DNA of 63,939 bases, filler included, from Polymyxa betae A26-41 (lineage: Eukaryota; Protista; Endomyxa: Phytomyxea), in the NCBI GenBank assembly GCA_003693705.1. It is 9 parts of 9 records of this genome, joined end to end, with 100 filler letters (N's around TTAATTAATTAA, not from the genome) between each part and the next. Parts side by side here need not be neighbours in the genome. Positions count along the whole stretch, not along the records: positions 25,457 to 38,618 come from RBZT01000642.1; 8 more parts are not named here. The stretch is one strand, 5' to 3'. Numbering within the stretch: position 1 is the first letter of the stretch; the number at the start of each line of letters is the position of its first letter. The notes under the pieces are model-generated. The model had not been told where the DNA came from and made no database searches. It saw only the letters and a program-made list of their open reading frames with translations. Below, in pieces: positions 26,734 through 37,955 of this stretch. The position numbers and the translations under genes are program-made.

Positions 26734-27593
26734 ACCCCAACCCCAATGTGAACACTATCGGGCCAGCGACTGGAGCCAGTCAGCGACGCCCGACTTGGGC
26801 CCAGTGTGGGGCCTGACGACTGACAGACTGGCTTCATAGACCGGGTCGGCTGACAGCTGGGGCGCCGGGGCGCCCCGCCGGCTCTCGGTTCAGCCGGATT
26901 GAAGGGAACGTGAAACAAGAGGCTCCGCCTGGGTTGCACCACAAGAGTGGGTTGCACCTTGCTGTCAACTTGTTGCATCAGGAAGGATACCACAATATGA
27001 GTCAGTTTAATATGACGAAACGAGTGGTTTTTATCAAACAAATCAGATCGTAATCTGTGTTTTCAACATCTTCTGAAGTTCGATGTATCGAATTCTCCGA
27101 AGAACGCTCGATCTGGTGATGTTAATTTCATCAAAGTCCATTGTATCAAAACAGCTAAAAAATATCTCTAGCTGATTTAAATCTTCTTGAATAGTCTCCT
27201 TGATCGGAGAATGAGAGGGGTTTTAGCATTCAGATTTAACTGCATCTTGCTGTATAGGCAAGACAAAATGTGTCGGCATTGCTGCTATCATTTCAGGTTT
27301 CTGATCAGTTCCGCCGCTTTCGGCAGGAGGTATCTATCAATATCGGGGCGCCATTACCAAACGAGTATTACTCCGTTATTGATAAATGCAGTGACGTCAG
27401 GCCGGTCCAGATCGCAGGTTGATGATTTCGACCACCCCGATTTCTGCTTTAAGTTATGGCAAGATTAAAATGCTTTTTCTTCAAATGCTGCGGCTGTTGT
27501 GCCTGCTACTGGTCTCCAGCGGTTTCATTTAGAATGAAAGCAGTAGGACCGCTGACATTGGATGTAGGGTTCTGCGAGTTGATGAAGATCAGC

Positions 27594-29610
27594 TTGGATT
27601 GGATTGGATTCGACTAGTTCGCTGATTTATGGTCAACAGGCGGCGCTCTTTCCAAAACGCATGGCTGGATAATTTAGGCAAATTGCCCAAATAGATTTCA
27701 GAACCCCTACTACCGATTTCGGGGCGTTCCAGTAATTCACCCGTTTAAATACTTGTTGATCGTAACCGGCCCTATCAGCAGAACCTAAGAGAGCCTCGAT
27801 AAGGTAAGGTAGGCACCCGCCCAATCCAACAGGGACTCGAACCCATGTACCCTATCCTTATTTAATACTCCCCTACTGGTTTCCCAGCTTTCACCAGAGT
27901 CGCTAAATGTAACAGCCGATAGAATATGCTTTTGCTAGAAATTTTGACATGAATTTGGCGTGTGTATACAGTGCGTCGTTGAAGTCTGTAATGTTATTTT
28001 GTTCGTATTTCTTTCGATACTTTTTCAGTGGTTTTTTAATTTTTTGCATTTCAGGAGTTGATGTTCTATAGTCTCACTCTTTTTATTGTAGTGTCGACAT
28101 ACATCGCTGGGCTCTATATTTAGATTGTGTAAATGCGATCGAGCTCGAGTGTGCCCTGTTCTTACTCTGTTTAATAGAGGGCTATCAAAGTAGATCTGAT
28201 AGTCTGTATTACCATCTCTACTCTGTGTTCGCGAATAACCGTCTATTAGAGGAGTTCTTTTCGGGTAGTTTGCAAATCCGCTTGGTTTCACGTTTTTCAA
28301 TAAATAATTTTGTGTTTTTGTCTTTCTAATTGCTTATAGATTAATTTATATGAAGAAACTAATGGGTCGTGTTCAATTATTTCTCCATCTATTGCAGCCT
28401 GCTTGGCTAGTTCGTCAATCGCATCACTTTCTGCAATCTGCTGTGTGTGACTGGGAATGAAGTGAAGTTCGATTTCATTTTCTTCGCTAAGTTCAGCTAA
28501 CTTTTCGGCAACATCTTTCACGACGGCGTCGACGAATTTGTATTTGTATGGCAGGCATGCCAGCTGTTGCAAACAAGATAATGAATCCGTAAAGATGTGA
28601 ATATGTCTATATTCTGGGTACATTTCCAGTAGTGAGGTAATGCCAGATTGTAATGCGATGATTTCTGCTTCATAGCTTGACGTCACATGTTCTATCTGTA
28701 TTGAGGTGTGGATCTCAAGTTCAAATATATTACTGTGTGGATCTGGGTCCGAGATGTGTAATATTGAAGCAGCTCCACTTGTTAGGTACTCCGTATTTAG
28801 ACTGTCTCTGTTGAAACTGCCATCTGTCCAAAGTGAAATATCAGGATTTGTGGGAATCAGTTGGGCGTTCTCGTGTTTTTCTAACGCTTCTGCTCTGGAA
28901 CTCATGTGAAATTTACATTTTGCAAGTTGTTCTAGTATATAGGATTTCACTATTATTTGTGAGTGGATATGAGCGCTATATCTCTTTGCTGTAACTTCTA
29001 CAGCTCTTCTGACAAGTCCAAAAGGGGTCCATCCATCTGCTGCACATCCTTGTTCGTCCCATTTTCTATAGTCGTCTCCTAATAGATTGCCCTGAGCCTC
29101 TGCCTTGAGGACTGTTAGTGCCGAATCTGTAATGATTTTAGCTTTCAGAGAAGGGAATTTCGAAGTTGCATGTAGAAGTGGAATTGGTGTTGGCCTCATA
29201 CATCCAGTGTATGTTCTCATATATTCATTATATGCGAGTTCTAACGGTCATATCGTGCTCTTGATCGTGGTTTCAGCTCCAATACATGGTGTGTAGAAGT
29301 TTAATATTCCTCCTATAAAGGCATGACAGGCTTGGCGAAAGATTGTTTCAGGGAGTCTATATTTTCGCAGCCGTTTGATGTATTGACACCTTTTAATGAT
29401 GTCTTGTGCTACTTTCTCTGTGCCGATCAGGAATGTGGATTTATCTGTCGCTTTGTTAGCAACCAGCTGTGCTCCCAGATATCGAATGGAATCTGTGGTT
29501 TCTATGATCATGTTTCCACTTTGTGTGCTGTAAGATCAGCTTGTGTACATTTCTTATACGGAAGAGTATTCGTGATCGAGTCGTTTTCGAATCCGCGTTT
29601 TTGAAGCAAA
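27594..29610 (-). mobile_element. 5'-truncated LINE: RT C-terminus, RNase H, C-terminal CCHC-like motif, 3' UTR and (AATCC)n tail
   Basis: IRYLG (RT end), LWTDGS, SSYEAEIIAL, IFTDSLS, LHFIPSH, DELAK (RNase H), ETIEHQLLKC. Frameshifted. TTGGATTGGATTGGATT tail at 27594. Confidence 0.85.
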
Positions 29611-30954
29611 CATCATCATCTTATTGCGCTTGAATCGGCCTCCAAATGCTCTCCGGTCCTAAAGCCCAAACAGAATCGAGCATTTTGATGGAACAGAGTA
29701 CAGGCCAAACGATTGACGGCGATCGGCGAGAGCCTACCAGCCATCGTTAGAGGAGAGCGAAACGAAGACAGATGCACAATTGAGTTGAAAAGCTTCAAAG
29801 GAAGCGAAAGATGAGAGCGTGGAGATTTTAATCGGCTGCCATCCTGCAAATACATTGAAGCTTGCACAGAGCCCTCAATGCTTATCTCAATCCGATAGCT
29901 TCTTTAAACTTTTTAAAACTTTTTTTCAAACATATGGCAGGTCATTATGATTCAGGTTTAGGGTTAGGGTTTTGAAGGCAAAATTTCAATCTGAGCAACA
30001 AATCCGCATTAATCGTCTTCCAACTCAGAACACTGCAATTGAATCTAATCTTTCATAGAACTTGAATTCAATCGGTTGCAAACCGCCATAAAAAAACCGA
30101 CATAGCTTTTCCTGACAATTTTTTGAAGAAAAAAGCCCTGAGATGTTTCGATTGATGAGATCATCGAAATCGTGGACCAAATGTGGAATCCTGTCCCGAG
30201 GGGTCAATTCGTCCTCCTTTTCACGTTGGAGACAGCTGTCTCACGAATCCAATGAGCAGCTGAAGCACCGGCCTCGAAATCTTCATCAACATAAACGCTC
30301 CTGAATCTTGTTCACACATTATTGCAATCCGTGTCTGCAGGAAGTTTGCAAAAATGATGATTGTCCTGAAAATTCTTCTGGCTATCATCAATCACGTTTC
30401 ATTATCGTGACAGGAAAAGCAGCTGCTCCAGCTCCACGTCTTCGAGCATCTCCTAGAAATTCTCGTTATCGACGAACTTGTTTATTGAATTCACAAACAA
30501 ACCTGCGATCCATTTTCGGCAAACAATAGAGGTGGTTGTGTCGGTTGAAACATCATGGGGCTGTATTTCATTGACGCTGATGAAATACGGGCACGTGAGC
30601 GAGAGCATCATACTGGATGAGATTTCCCCCTACAAGATCCAATCTTGCCCATGATCGAGTGTCCCCATCACTCTCTGCATTCAGTTAATACCGAATCCGG
30701 TGAAATATCTCAGAAAAAAAGGTTGCTGCAGTCTGCAAACGATGTCATCCTAATTTTTTTCTAAATTCTACCTACAGAAATTTCTGTGACAAACGCTAAC
30801 ATAACGTTGGTTTCAGGCAGGTTATAACTGTGTACCTGGTTAGATAGAAGAACATCCAGCAAGGGCCCGATTACCGTCATCTATATGATAGTCTCCGTTC
30901 CGATCATCTGGCCGCAACATAAACTGGCTGAAGGCTGCGATCCATCACATATCG

Positions 30955-31275
30955 ACAGCTGCGCAGTTTTCCACTGTCGACCAATCGCGCAGCCCTCACC
31001 AGCTGAGCAGTTTTTCACTTTCGACCAATGGAGAAGCCCTCTATTAGGGTCGCACTTTCGACCAATGGAGCAGCCCTTTATCAGGGTCGCAGTTTCCACT
31101 TTCGACCAGTGGAGCAGCCCTCTATCAGGGTCGCAGTTTCCACTTTCGACCAGTTTGAGAAGCCCACTACCATCAGCTGCGCAGTTTTCCACTTTCGACA
31201 AATGGAGCAGCACTTTATCAGGGTCGCAGATTCCACTTCCAAGTTTCAACTTTCAACCAGTGGAGCAGCCCTCTA
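30955..31275. repeat. Minisatellite of ~7 degenerate ~44-bp units
   Basis: Unit is approximately CGCAGTTTCCACTTTCGACCAATGGAGCAGCCCTCTATCAGGGT, contiguous with no unique spacers. Confidence 0.9.
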
Positions 31276-31352
31276 TTTGTCGGTATGATACATTTCTGTT
31301 ATGAATTTTTTTCCTATTCGAAAGCACAAGTTGTATAGGATCATGACGTGTA

Positions 31353-32516
31353 TTATATTATTCCCTTTATTCTAGACCGCGATGGAAATCGATAGCTCTC
31401 AGATTTACCCTTCAATTCAGGCTCGATTTGCTGCAGTTTCAACAACGACGACGCCAGATCGCTGCGCCCATACATGAATGCATAATGTAGCAGGGTTCGG
31501 CCCGTCTCTGGGTTCGGAACGTTGACGAGACCGGGGCTGAGCGAGATCACATCCTCAACCAGGCTCAGATGGCCTTGGGCGATGGCGAACTCCAGAAAGC
31601 ACAGCAGCTCGGGCATCCCGATGTGCGTCAGGAACTGCCGCGTCTGCAGCAGGGCGACGATGACGTCGTGCTGGCCCCGTCCCACCAGAACCTGCAGCGG
31701 AAGCAGGACGTGCTCGGCCCGCGTCACTTCATCTATGAGGGGAGGCATCGCTAACATCGGATACAGAGCGGCGATCTGCGTGGCGTCGACCGCCCGAACC
31801 TGCATGATGAAATCGCGGAACCAGAACCGGATCCCGTGCTGCAGCAAGGCCAGTACGACAGGAAGGTCGGCGAGCAGGTCGGTGCGGCCACGCTGGGCGA
31901 GGCCGCGAAGCAGCCGCTTGGCGACGGTGCTGTTGCGCGGGAACACGCCGTCGAACGGGGCCGAATAGCGACGGCGGACGGCGGCGACGGCGTCCGCGCT
32001 CAGGCCGCGGACCTGAGGGAGGGCGGCGTCGCGAAAGTCGGCGACGATCGCGGCGATCAGGTCGACGATCTCAGCGGGCAGCGTGCAGGTCGTCGGCGGC
32101 GGTCCGCAATCGGGCAGGGCGAGGACCAGTACGACCGGGTCGTGGTACAGGTCCATGACAGCGGCGACGCCCATGAACGCGGCCGGGTGTCGAGCGGACA
32201 GCACGCCCAGCAAACGTTTCAGGTCCCAGATGCTCATTCGGTCGCCGGCGGCCTCGACTAGGCGGTCGTACAGGCTCATGGCATTCTGCGGCGTGACGAC
32301 CGCGGCATCGATCGACGGCAGGTTGGCGGCGTTGCGGAGAACGCGTCGGGCGCAGTGAATCAGGTCGGCCGGGGTTCGGGTCGGGTCGAACAGGGCCAGT
32401 ACGTCTTCGGTGTTCGGGTCGAGGAGGGGCGGGACCAAGGATGGGGCGGCCCCAGGTGCATTGAGGGTCGCCTCGGACAGCGCTATCAGACAGAGGAGTA
32501 CGAGGACGAAGGTCAT
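31353..32516 (-). CDS. Putative secreted ankyrin-repeat protein (effector-like)
   Basis: Signal-like MTFVLVLLCLIALSEA. C-terminal ankyrin-like units LEFAIAQGHLSLVEDVI...VNVPNPETGRTLLHYAFMYGRSDLASSLL. GC-rich body. The 3' end may splice further. Confidence 0.7.
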   Translation of the reverse strand: MTFVLVLLCLIALSEATLNAPGAAPSLVPPLLDPNTEDVLALFDPTRTPADLIHCARRVLRNAANLPSIDAAVVTPQNAMSLYDRLVEAAGDRMSIWDLKRLLGVLSARHPAAFMGVAAVMDLYHDPVVLVLALPDCGPPPTTCTLPAEIVDLIAAIVADFRDAALPQVRGLSADAVAAVRRRYSAPFDGVFPRNSTVAKRLLRGLAQRGRTDLLADLPVVLALLQHGIRFWFRDFIMQVRAVDATQIAALYPMLAMPPLIDEVTRAEHVLLPLQVLVGRGQHDVIVALLQTRQFLTHIGMPELLCFLEFAIAQGHLSLVEDVISLSPGLVNVPNPETGRTLLHYAFMYGRSDLASSLLKLQQIEPELKGKSESYRFPSRSRIKGII

Positions 32517-33129
32517 GCTGTTGTTCGATGGACGAATGACCGACTCGGGATCGTGGACGACCCGCTCCGTGTCGCAGTTTTCCATCAATGGTCGGACTCC
32601 GCTTCATTATTCGCGATGGGCTGCGCGCCCATATCCATGCTTCGTCATTTGACGGATCTATCTGATTGTCTTCGTCAACGTCTCGACTGTATCGGCAGCA
32701 TGAGCAGCAACCAGAATGTGAACGCAGATGATGGAAACCACATTATGAAAATTCATCGGGCGTCGAGCTCTAACAAACTGGGACGCTAAAACCAACCATC
32801 ATGTTCGCGTGTAGATCTTTATTGAAGACGAAAGCAAGAAGGAAGGCGCGAGAGCCGCAACTATCTCATCCCGGAGTCCGATCTGCGGGCTGTTGGTCAA
32901 AGACATCCGGAGTAACGACAATCATGTCATGAATTTCGAATCATCGGTCAGGTGGCTGAGAACGTATTCGGGATTGATGGTTCGCATCAGAGGTGATGCA
33001 GACGATCATGAAGATTGGAAATAGATCGTACTTCAGATAAACCAGCTGGAATCCAAAGAGCTTGCAAAAGAGTTTAGAATTAGGGTTTAACCCTAACGAT
33101 AACGCGTTGTTTAGAAAATGACCCAGGAA

Positions 33130-33980
33130 TAACAGTGAAAATAACAAGTGATTTATTGAAAGGAATCAGCTTACATAGGATTTCGATCGTCGACAAGTTG
33201 GGCAGGAAAACGGAATCCGACGCGGTCGTAATCGATACCATTTCTCCGTACAGTAACGATGGAAATATTGCAGAAAACACGGCATCTTACTCAGCAAGAC
33301 CTGAGTCCTACTGGTCGAACCCTATTGCAGAGACCGTCAATATTATTGGAAACATTTACAACAAAAGGTCCCAGATCTTCGAAACAGCAGAAATCCTTTT
33401 TTCTTTGAAAATCATGAAAAAAAATGTCAAAATTTGATGAAAAGTTTGTTAAAAATTGCAAAAGTTCGTTAAAAAATTGCTGAAAAGTTGGTTAACATGA
33501 AGTTTACCTCATTAGACGTTGAATCTGTTGATGGGTCATCAGTCAGCAATGAATAACAGATACCGCATTCATCATCAAGGATCTTGGCGATCTATGCGCA
33601 AATTGAGACTACAGAAAGATATGAGAAGAAAAAAACCTTTTTGAGATCGTCTTCGGTGAGCGGCGGATCGATAAACGGTTGTTCTTCAGGCGTTGGAGGC
33701 GCCGGAATCGTTGCAGGCGTGAATAGGCGGCGGTAAAGTTCCCCAACGACACACGAAATAGAAAGCAGAACCACGAGAAGACATCCCAGAGATGTGAACA
33801 CGATCCAGAAACCATCACCATTGGGGCGAACAGCGGGAGATGGGGCCGGGGATGGCCCCACGCCGCTCTGCAACAGAGTCCACCTCTAGTCGAATACAGA
33901 AGATTGACGGGATTCGATACCTGGAAGGTTCCAGCCACGACGACAGCAGCAGGGCCAGTACAGACATGATAACCATCATC
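33130..33980 (-). CDS. Putative membrane-anchored RING-type protein (ATL-like architecture), spliced
   Basis: TM segment FWIVFTSLGCLLVVLLSISCVV, Pro-rich linker, then exons ECGICYSLL and KMPCFLQYFHRYCTEKWY...SCPTCR. Boundaries are approximate. Confidence 0.55.
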
Positions 33981-34320
33981 CTTGGATGCATTGCGGCAGG
34001 ATTGACGACTAGATTCTCCGAATCGGCGAGCTGAGGTCACTCGTGGGAAAACGGCGTGATTGATATGGAGATTGATCTCAAGAGCCGGATCGGGACATGC
34101 ATGATACACAATGATCATTAAGACAGCGGCGGGCTGATTATGGATTTCTGGAGGTAGATCGAGTAGCAGGTAATGGGCGGCTTACGACTTATAAGAGAGG
34201 GGGAACTTATTCTATCATCCAATACCATAGACTATGCGCAGGTTAAAATTCATGAAAACATCTGATGAAAAAATATTTCACGGAATTGATCAAAAAGTGA
34301 AAACCAGCGCAAAACAACGT

Positions 34321-34402
34321 AGCCGTCGACGAGACTCGAACTCGCGCGGGCAGAGCCCAAATGATTTCTAATCATTCTCCTTAACCACTCGGACACAACG
34401 GC
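34321..34402 (-). tRNA. tRNA-Ser(AGA)
   Basis: GCCGTTG..CGACGGC acceptor, AATGA-TT-AGA-AA-TCATT anticodon arm, long variable arm, TTCGAGT T-loop. Confidence 0.93.
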
Positions 34403-35089
34403 TCAGCTGTACGTGTTAGACGGGAGAGGGTTTTGAACTGGGATGTGTTTGAAGAAGTGTTTTATTTCTTAGAAAGCAAGCGGAAGACAATGCTTCCGGT
34501 TGAATTAGCGTGAGTCAACGCTATTGATATCTCGAGATTGGTCTAACAGCGCTCATATGCTAACAATACGTTCCATATTGTTGCGCGAGCTGTGGATGAG
34601 GTTGCAGTTAGAGAGTATTGAAGATAGAGATTGAATATCATCCAGAATGAATCAAGAGAGTGGGAGATCTCAGGGCTCCTGATTCGGTGTATTACTGTGG
34701 CTGATCTGGCTTGCCACTTCATATTTACTAACGATGTATAGTATCACTGCCTATAGTATTAGTATGGGCACTCTTCGAAACAAAATCACAAGTGTGAACA
34801 ACCCTAACAGAGCAACAGCGAGTTTATGAAACTGAGGCGCGAACAGAGCACAATTAAAATCAACAAAGCGAAACGAAATTCATTGAAAGCAGCTCAGATG
34901 ATACAATTTGCACAGCGATCATGCCACATTACCGTCCCGAATTCGCGGGGACAAACTGATTGCGAGCCCAGCACGATATAGATCTGCCTTCAAAATAGAC
35001 ATTAAAGACTTTAAGAAATGAAATCAAAATGGATAAGACTCTGTAAAGTGATTGAGAATTTCTACCATGCTGGGAAAGCATGAAATTAT

Positions 35090-35160
35090 TGCGCCGTCCG
35101 GGAATCGAACCCGGGACAACTCGTTGGCAACGAGCTATTATACCACTTAACCAACAGCGC
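35090..35160 (-). tRNA. tRNA-Gly(GCC)
   Basis: GCGCTGT..ACGGCGC-A acceptor, TT-GCC-AA anticodon loop, CCGGG-TTCGATT-CCCGG T-arm. Confidence 0.95.
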
Positions 35161-35383
35161 TTAACTGGCCGATCTGAGCGAAATCGTACTTACATGTAAA
35201 AGATGCAAAGATGAATTGAATCGATGCAAGGAGCTTCCGATCGTATTCGGAAAGGAAATTGTTCAGAAGGGTCAATCACCGCTGTCATCAATGTGTTATA
35301 TTGATTGATAAACGGGAGACGGTTTGAACAGGAGGAATGAGTATTTGGATTTCTAAGAATGCCATCGGAAGGCGCGCGGCCTG

Positions 35384-35424
35384 GCCTGTTTGTCATAAAT
35401 CAGCGAGCTAGTCGAATCCAATCC
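35384..35424 (+). mobile_element. Short retroelement 3' tail remnant, same family as the 27594 tail
   Basis: CATAAATCAGCGAGCTAGTCGAATCCAATCC is nearly identical to the reverse complement of 27597-27631. Confidence 0.7.
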
Positions 35425-35648
35425 TATTTAAGAAATCTTGCATTGGTCCGGTTATCCTTCGTCTCAGCAAATCCACGGCCCAACCAATGAAAAAAGGCCG
35501 CATGGCGCAGGGAGGCTGCGCCAGCAAAGTGTTGGTAAACCAATCAATTTGTCGATTTGACGATATGCAATTGTCATCGAGTTTGTTGGACGAATTGTCA
35601 CCGATTATGTCAGACGACGTTCGGGACATGGAACCCATGCAAAAAGGA

Positions 35649-35721
35649 CTCCGGAACGGGGAATTGAACCCCGGTCTCACCCGTGACAGGGGCGAATACT
35701 AAACCACTATACTATTCCGGA
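35649..35721 (-). tRNA. tRNA-Asp(GTC)
   Basis: TCCGGAA..TTCCGGA-G acceptor, CT-GTC-AC anticodon loop, CGGGG-TTCAATT-CCCCG T-arm, followed by a T-run terminator. Confidence 0.95.
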
Positions 35722-36048
35722 ACTTTTCTGTCATGTCAAAGAAATGGCTACAGCTGGTACTCTTACAGTTAAAGTCGTCATCTACACGAAGGTATAGTCG
35801 CTGAGAGGTGACCAAGATTGGGTTTAATTGTGCGAACTCATTCTAAATCCGAAATCTATCGATTGAAATTATTATACAGGAATGAAACCTAAATCAATGT
35901 ATTGATAACAAAATGCTCATAAGAAGTAGATAAATGAAATCAAAACTTCCTAAAGACAAACAATTTAGAGCGGAACTATAGGCGGCCATTAGCTGTAATA
36001 GTCTGTGTGTGAATTTTGAATGCTATTGGCAATTCATCGTGCTGGTTC

Positions 36049-36753
36049 ATGATGCATCCCATCTACCTTCTCGCAGCCGTTCTCTTCGCTGTCAACGCCA
36101 GCGCCGTGGCGTTGACGACGGCGTTCACGACGCCTGTTAATCAGCTGTCATCTTTTTCAGCTCTCAGCAATGCTCGACTGGTTCCGCCCATCATGAAAAA
36201 TCTCATGCCGCAGCAGATGAATGCCCGCCGATCTACGGTCCGCAACATGTGGAATCCTCTCTTTTTCGGCGGTGTCGGGCCCCTGGATGAGAATGGCCTA
36301 TTTACGGGAAAACCAGCGAGCGACATTCCTGTAAAGAGAATGAGCAACATTCTAGCAGAAAGAGAGACGCCGGGACAAGGCATTATCTGTATCACGACCG
36401 AGGATGCCAACGGGGTCATTGTCATGAAACTTAACTGCAAAGATGTCAAAGATCCCTTAATTCTTGATATGTTCCAGGAAGCCTTCAAGAAGCTCAGTGA
36501 ACACGGCTTTACCGATGTTGCTTTTGTCGTTGAAGTCAATGCTCCCGATTATGACGATCAAGCGGCTCTATTGACTTCGATTGGGTTTGAGAACAGAAAG
36601 GGCGATTTTCGGCGAGTCAGTTTGACGACGAGTTCTTACGAACCAGTTCACTTCTGGTTTAAAAAGTTACCAAGTTTTAAAACCTATGGAGATGAGCCCT
36701 GGGAGTTACCTCCTAATTTTTCGTTTCACGTTCAAGTTCTAAATTTTGTATAA
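36049..36753 (+). CDS. Putative secreted protein with resemblance to the N-terminal (pre-Nudix) domain of NUDT6/AtNUDT2-type hydrolases; may continue in later exons
   Basis: Signal-like MMHPIYLLAAVLFAVNASA. EDANGVIV...GF...LPPNFSFHVQV resembles DxYGGV...GF...LPANASHRVGI (by-eye similarity only). Confidence 0.45.
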   Translation: MMHPIYLLAAVLFAVNASAVALTTAFTTPVNQLSSFSALSNARLVPPIMKNLMPQQMNARRSTVRNMWNPLFFGGVGPLDENGLFTGKPASDIPVKRMSNILAERETPGQGIICITTEDANGVIVMKLNCKDVKDPLILDMFQEAFKKLSEHGFTDVAFVVEVNAPDYDDQAALLTSIGFENRKGDFRRVSLTTSSYEPVHFWFKKLPSFKTYGDEPWELPPNFSFHVQVLNFV

Positions 36754-37955
36754 ATTGTAAACGTTCAACTCTTAAATGAATTCGCCTTTGCTTGCCACAA
36801 TTTCAATATTATTGGAGTATAAGCGCACTAGTCAATGCATGATAATTTTCAGCAACTAAAAATATGGAAGTGTTAAAGATCGCTGGAGCTGATTAGCCAA
36901 CTGCAGGCACGAATCTGTTACTGGTGGGTGCCAACAAATCTTGAATATTTGAGCTTGGAGAATCGAGATAAGCGAACACTCTTTATTAGAAAGTTCGGAA
37001 GCACAAAGACTGAGTTGGAAATAACAAATTTTCTGGAGAGAAGCTTGGAAGTTTATTCAAGTTTCAATAGTCTGAGGTTTTGTCCCCAATGCAGACAAAA
37101 GCCGAATTGTTATAATTAATGAAAATTCCGAAAAGAATCCGTCCCAAATAGATGACAAAAACAGTTTCGAATTCGATTGGAAATGGAAAACATCCACCTA
37201 ACAACGATTATAAATTTCCTTAAAGAGATGAAGAGCTACAATCGTTTTCTGCTCTAAAAATATTTGCACATCACGAAACCCAGCAGGGCACAACATAAAT
37301 TCGTTAACTGTACACACTCGCAAATCTCTTCAAGCAGCAATTTTTAACAATCGCAAACATAAAAGCATCGTCATATGCAACAGCAGGGAGAGAAAGCCGA
37401 GGGAATTCCTTACAAACGACTAGTGATGTATTATGATGTTTTGGCCTTCCTCCATGACGATGCTCTCCGAGATCTTGGCCCATTTCTCCAGATCTAATCT
37501 GATACGAACACCGCCATAGAAGGCTGGCATCGTCGTCAGCTTAAAACATAGAGCGGCAACTTAGAAAGAGCGACGATTGTCGTGGTTGCTAGGAAGAGTC
37601 ACGACCTGACTTCGTTGATGAAGCGAGAGAGCATGACGCTGGCGCTATTCAGCTAGCGAAGCATGGCCAGAGTAGCGGACATAACGTTCAGGCCGGCGAC
37701 CAGATTGATAAGCAAAAAAGCGACCCATCACGATCGAGACAGATGAATGGAGACAGGAACGAGATGGAGAAGAGTCAGACGACCCCGTTACCCCAATGGC
37801 CGACCCGACGACTTGGTGGTTGGCTGCGCCAAGGGCTGCGCTTGCTATCGTTTCATGATACTGTAAATTTTGCGTGAAATGAAAAATCCGCGATGGTTTC
37901 ATGTACTTTTTATGCACTGCCCTGACAATCATCGCCATACCTGCTCGCAGAGCTC

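Noticed and set aside
27765-27785. Hammerhead ribozyme at CTGATAG...GAAA
   Set aside because: The core is CUGAUAG rather than CUGANGA, and I could not build the three stems.
27823-27850. tRNA gene at GGTTCGAGTCC
   Set aside because: No A-box or cloverleaf; kept only as part of the LINE 3' module.
29955-29972. Telomere-like TTTAGGGTTAGGG (also ~33080)
   Set aside because: Only two units and internal; not a telomere.
30955-31275. CRISPR-like array
   Set aside because: Units are contiguous and degenerate with no unique spacers; no cas genes; eukaryotic context.
30881-31304. Repeat-rich ORFs on both strands
   Set aside because: By-products of the minisatellite. Unit lengths vary and are not consistently multiples of three.
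31522-32789. Long overlapping ORFs in alternative frames
   Set aside because: Expected shadow ORFs of GC-rich coding DNA.
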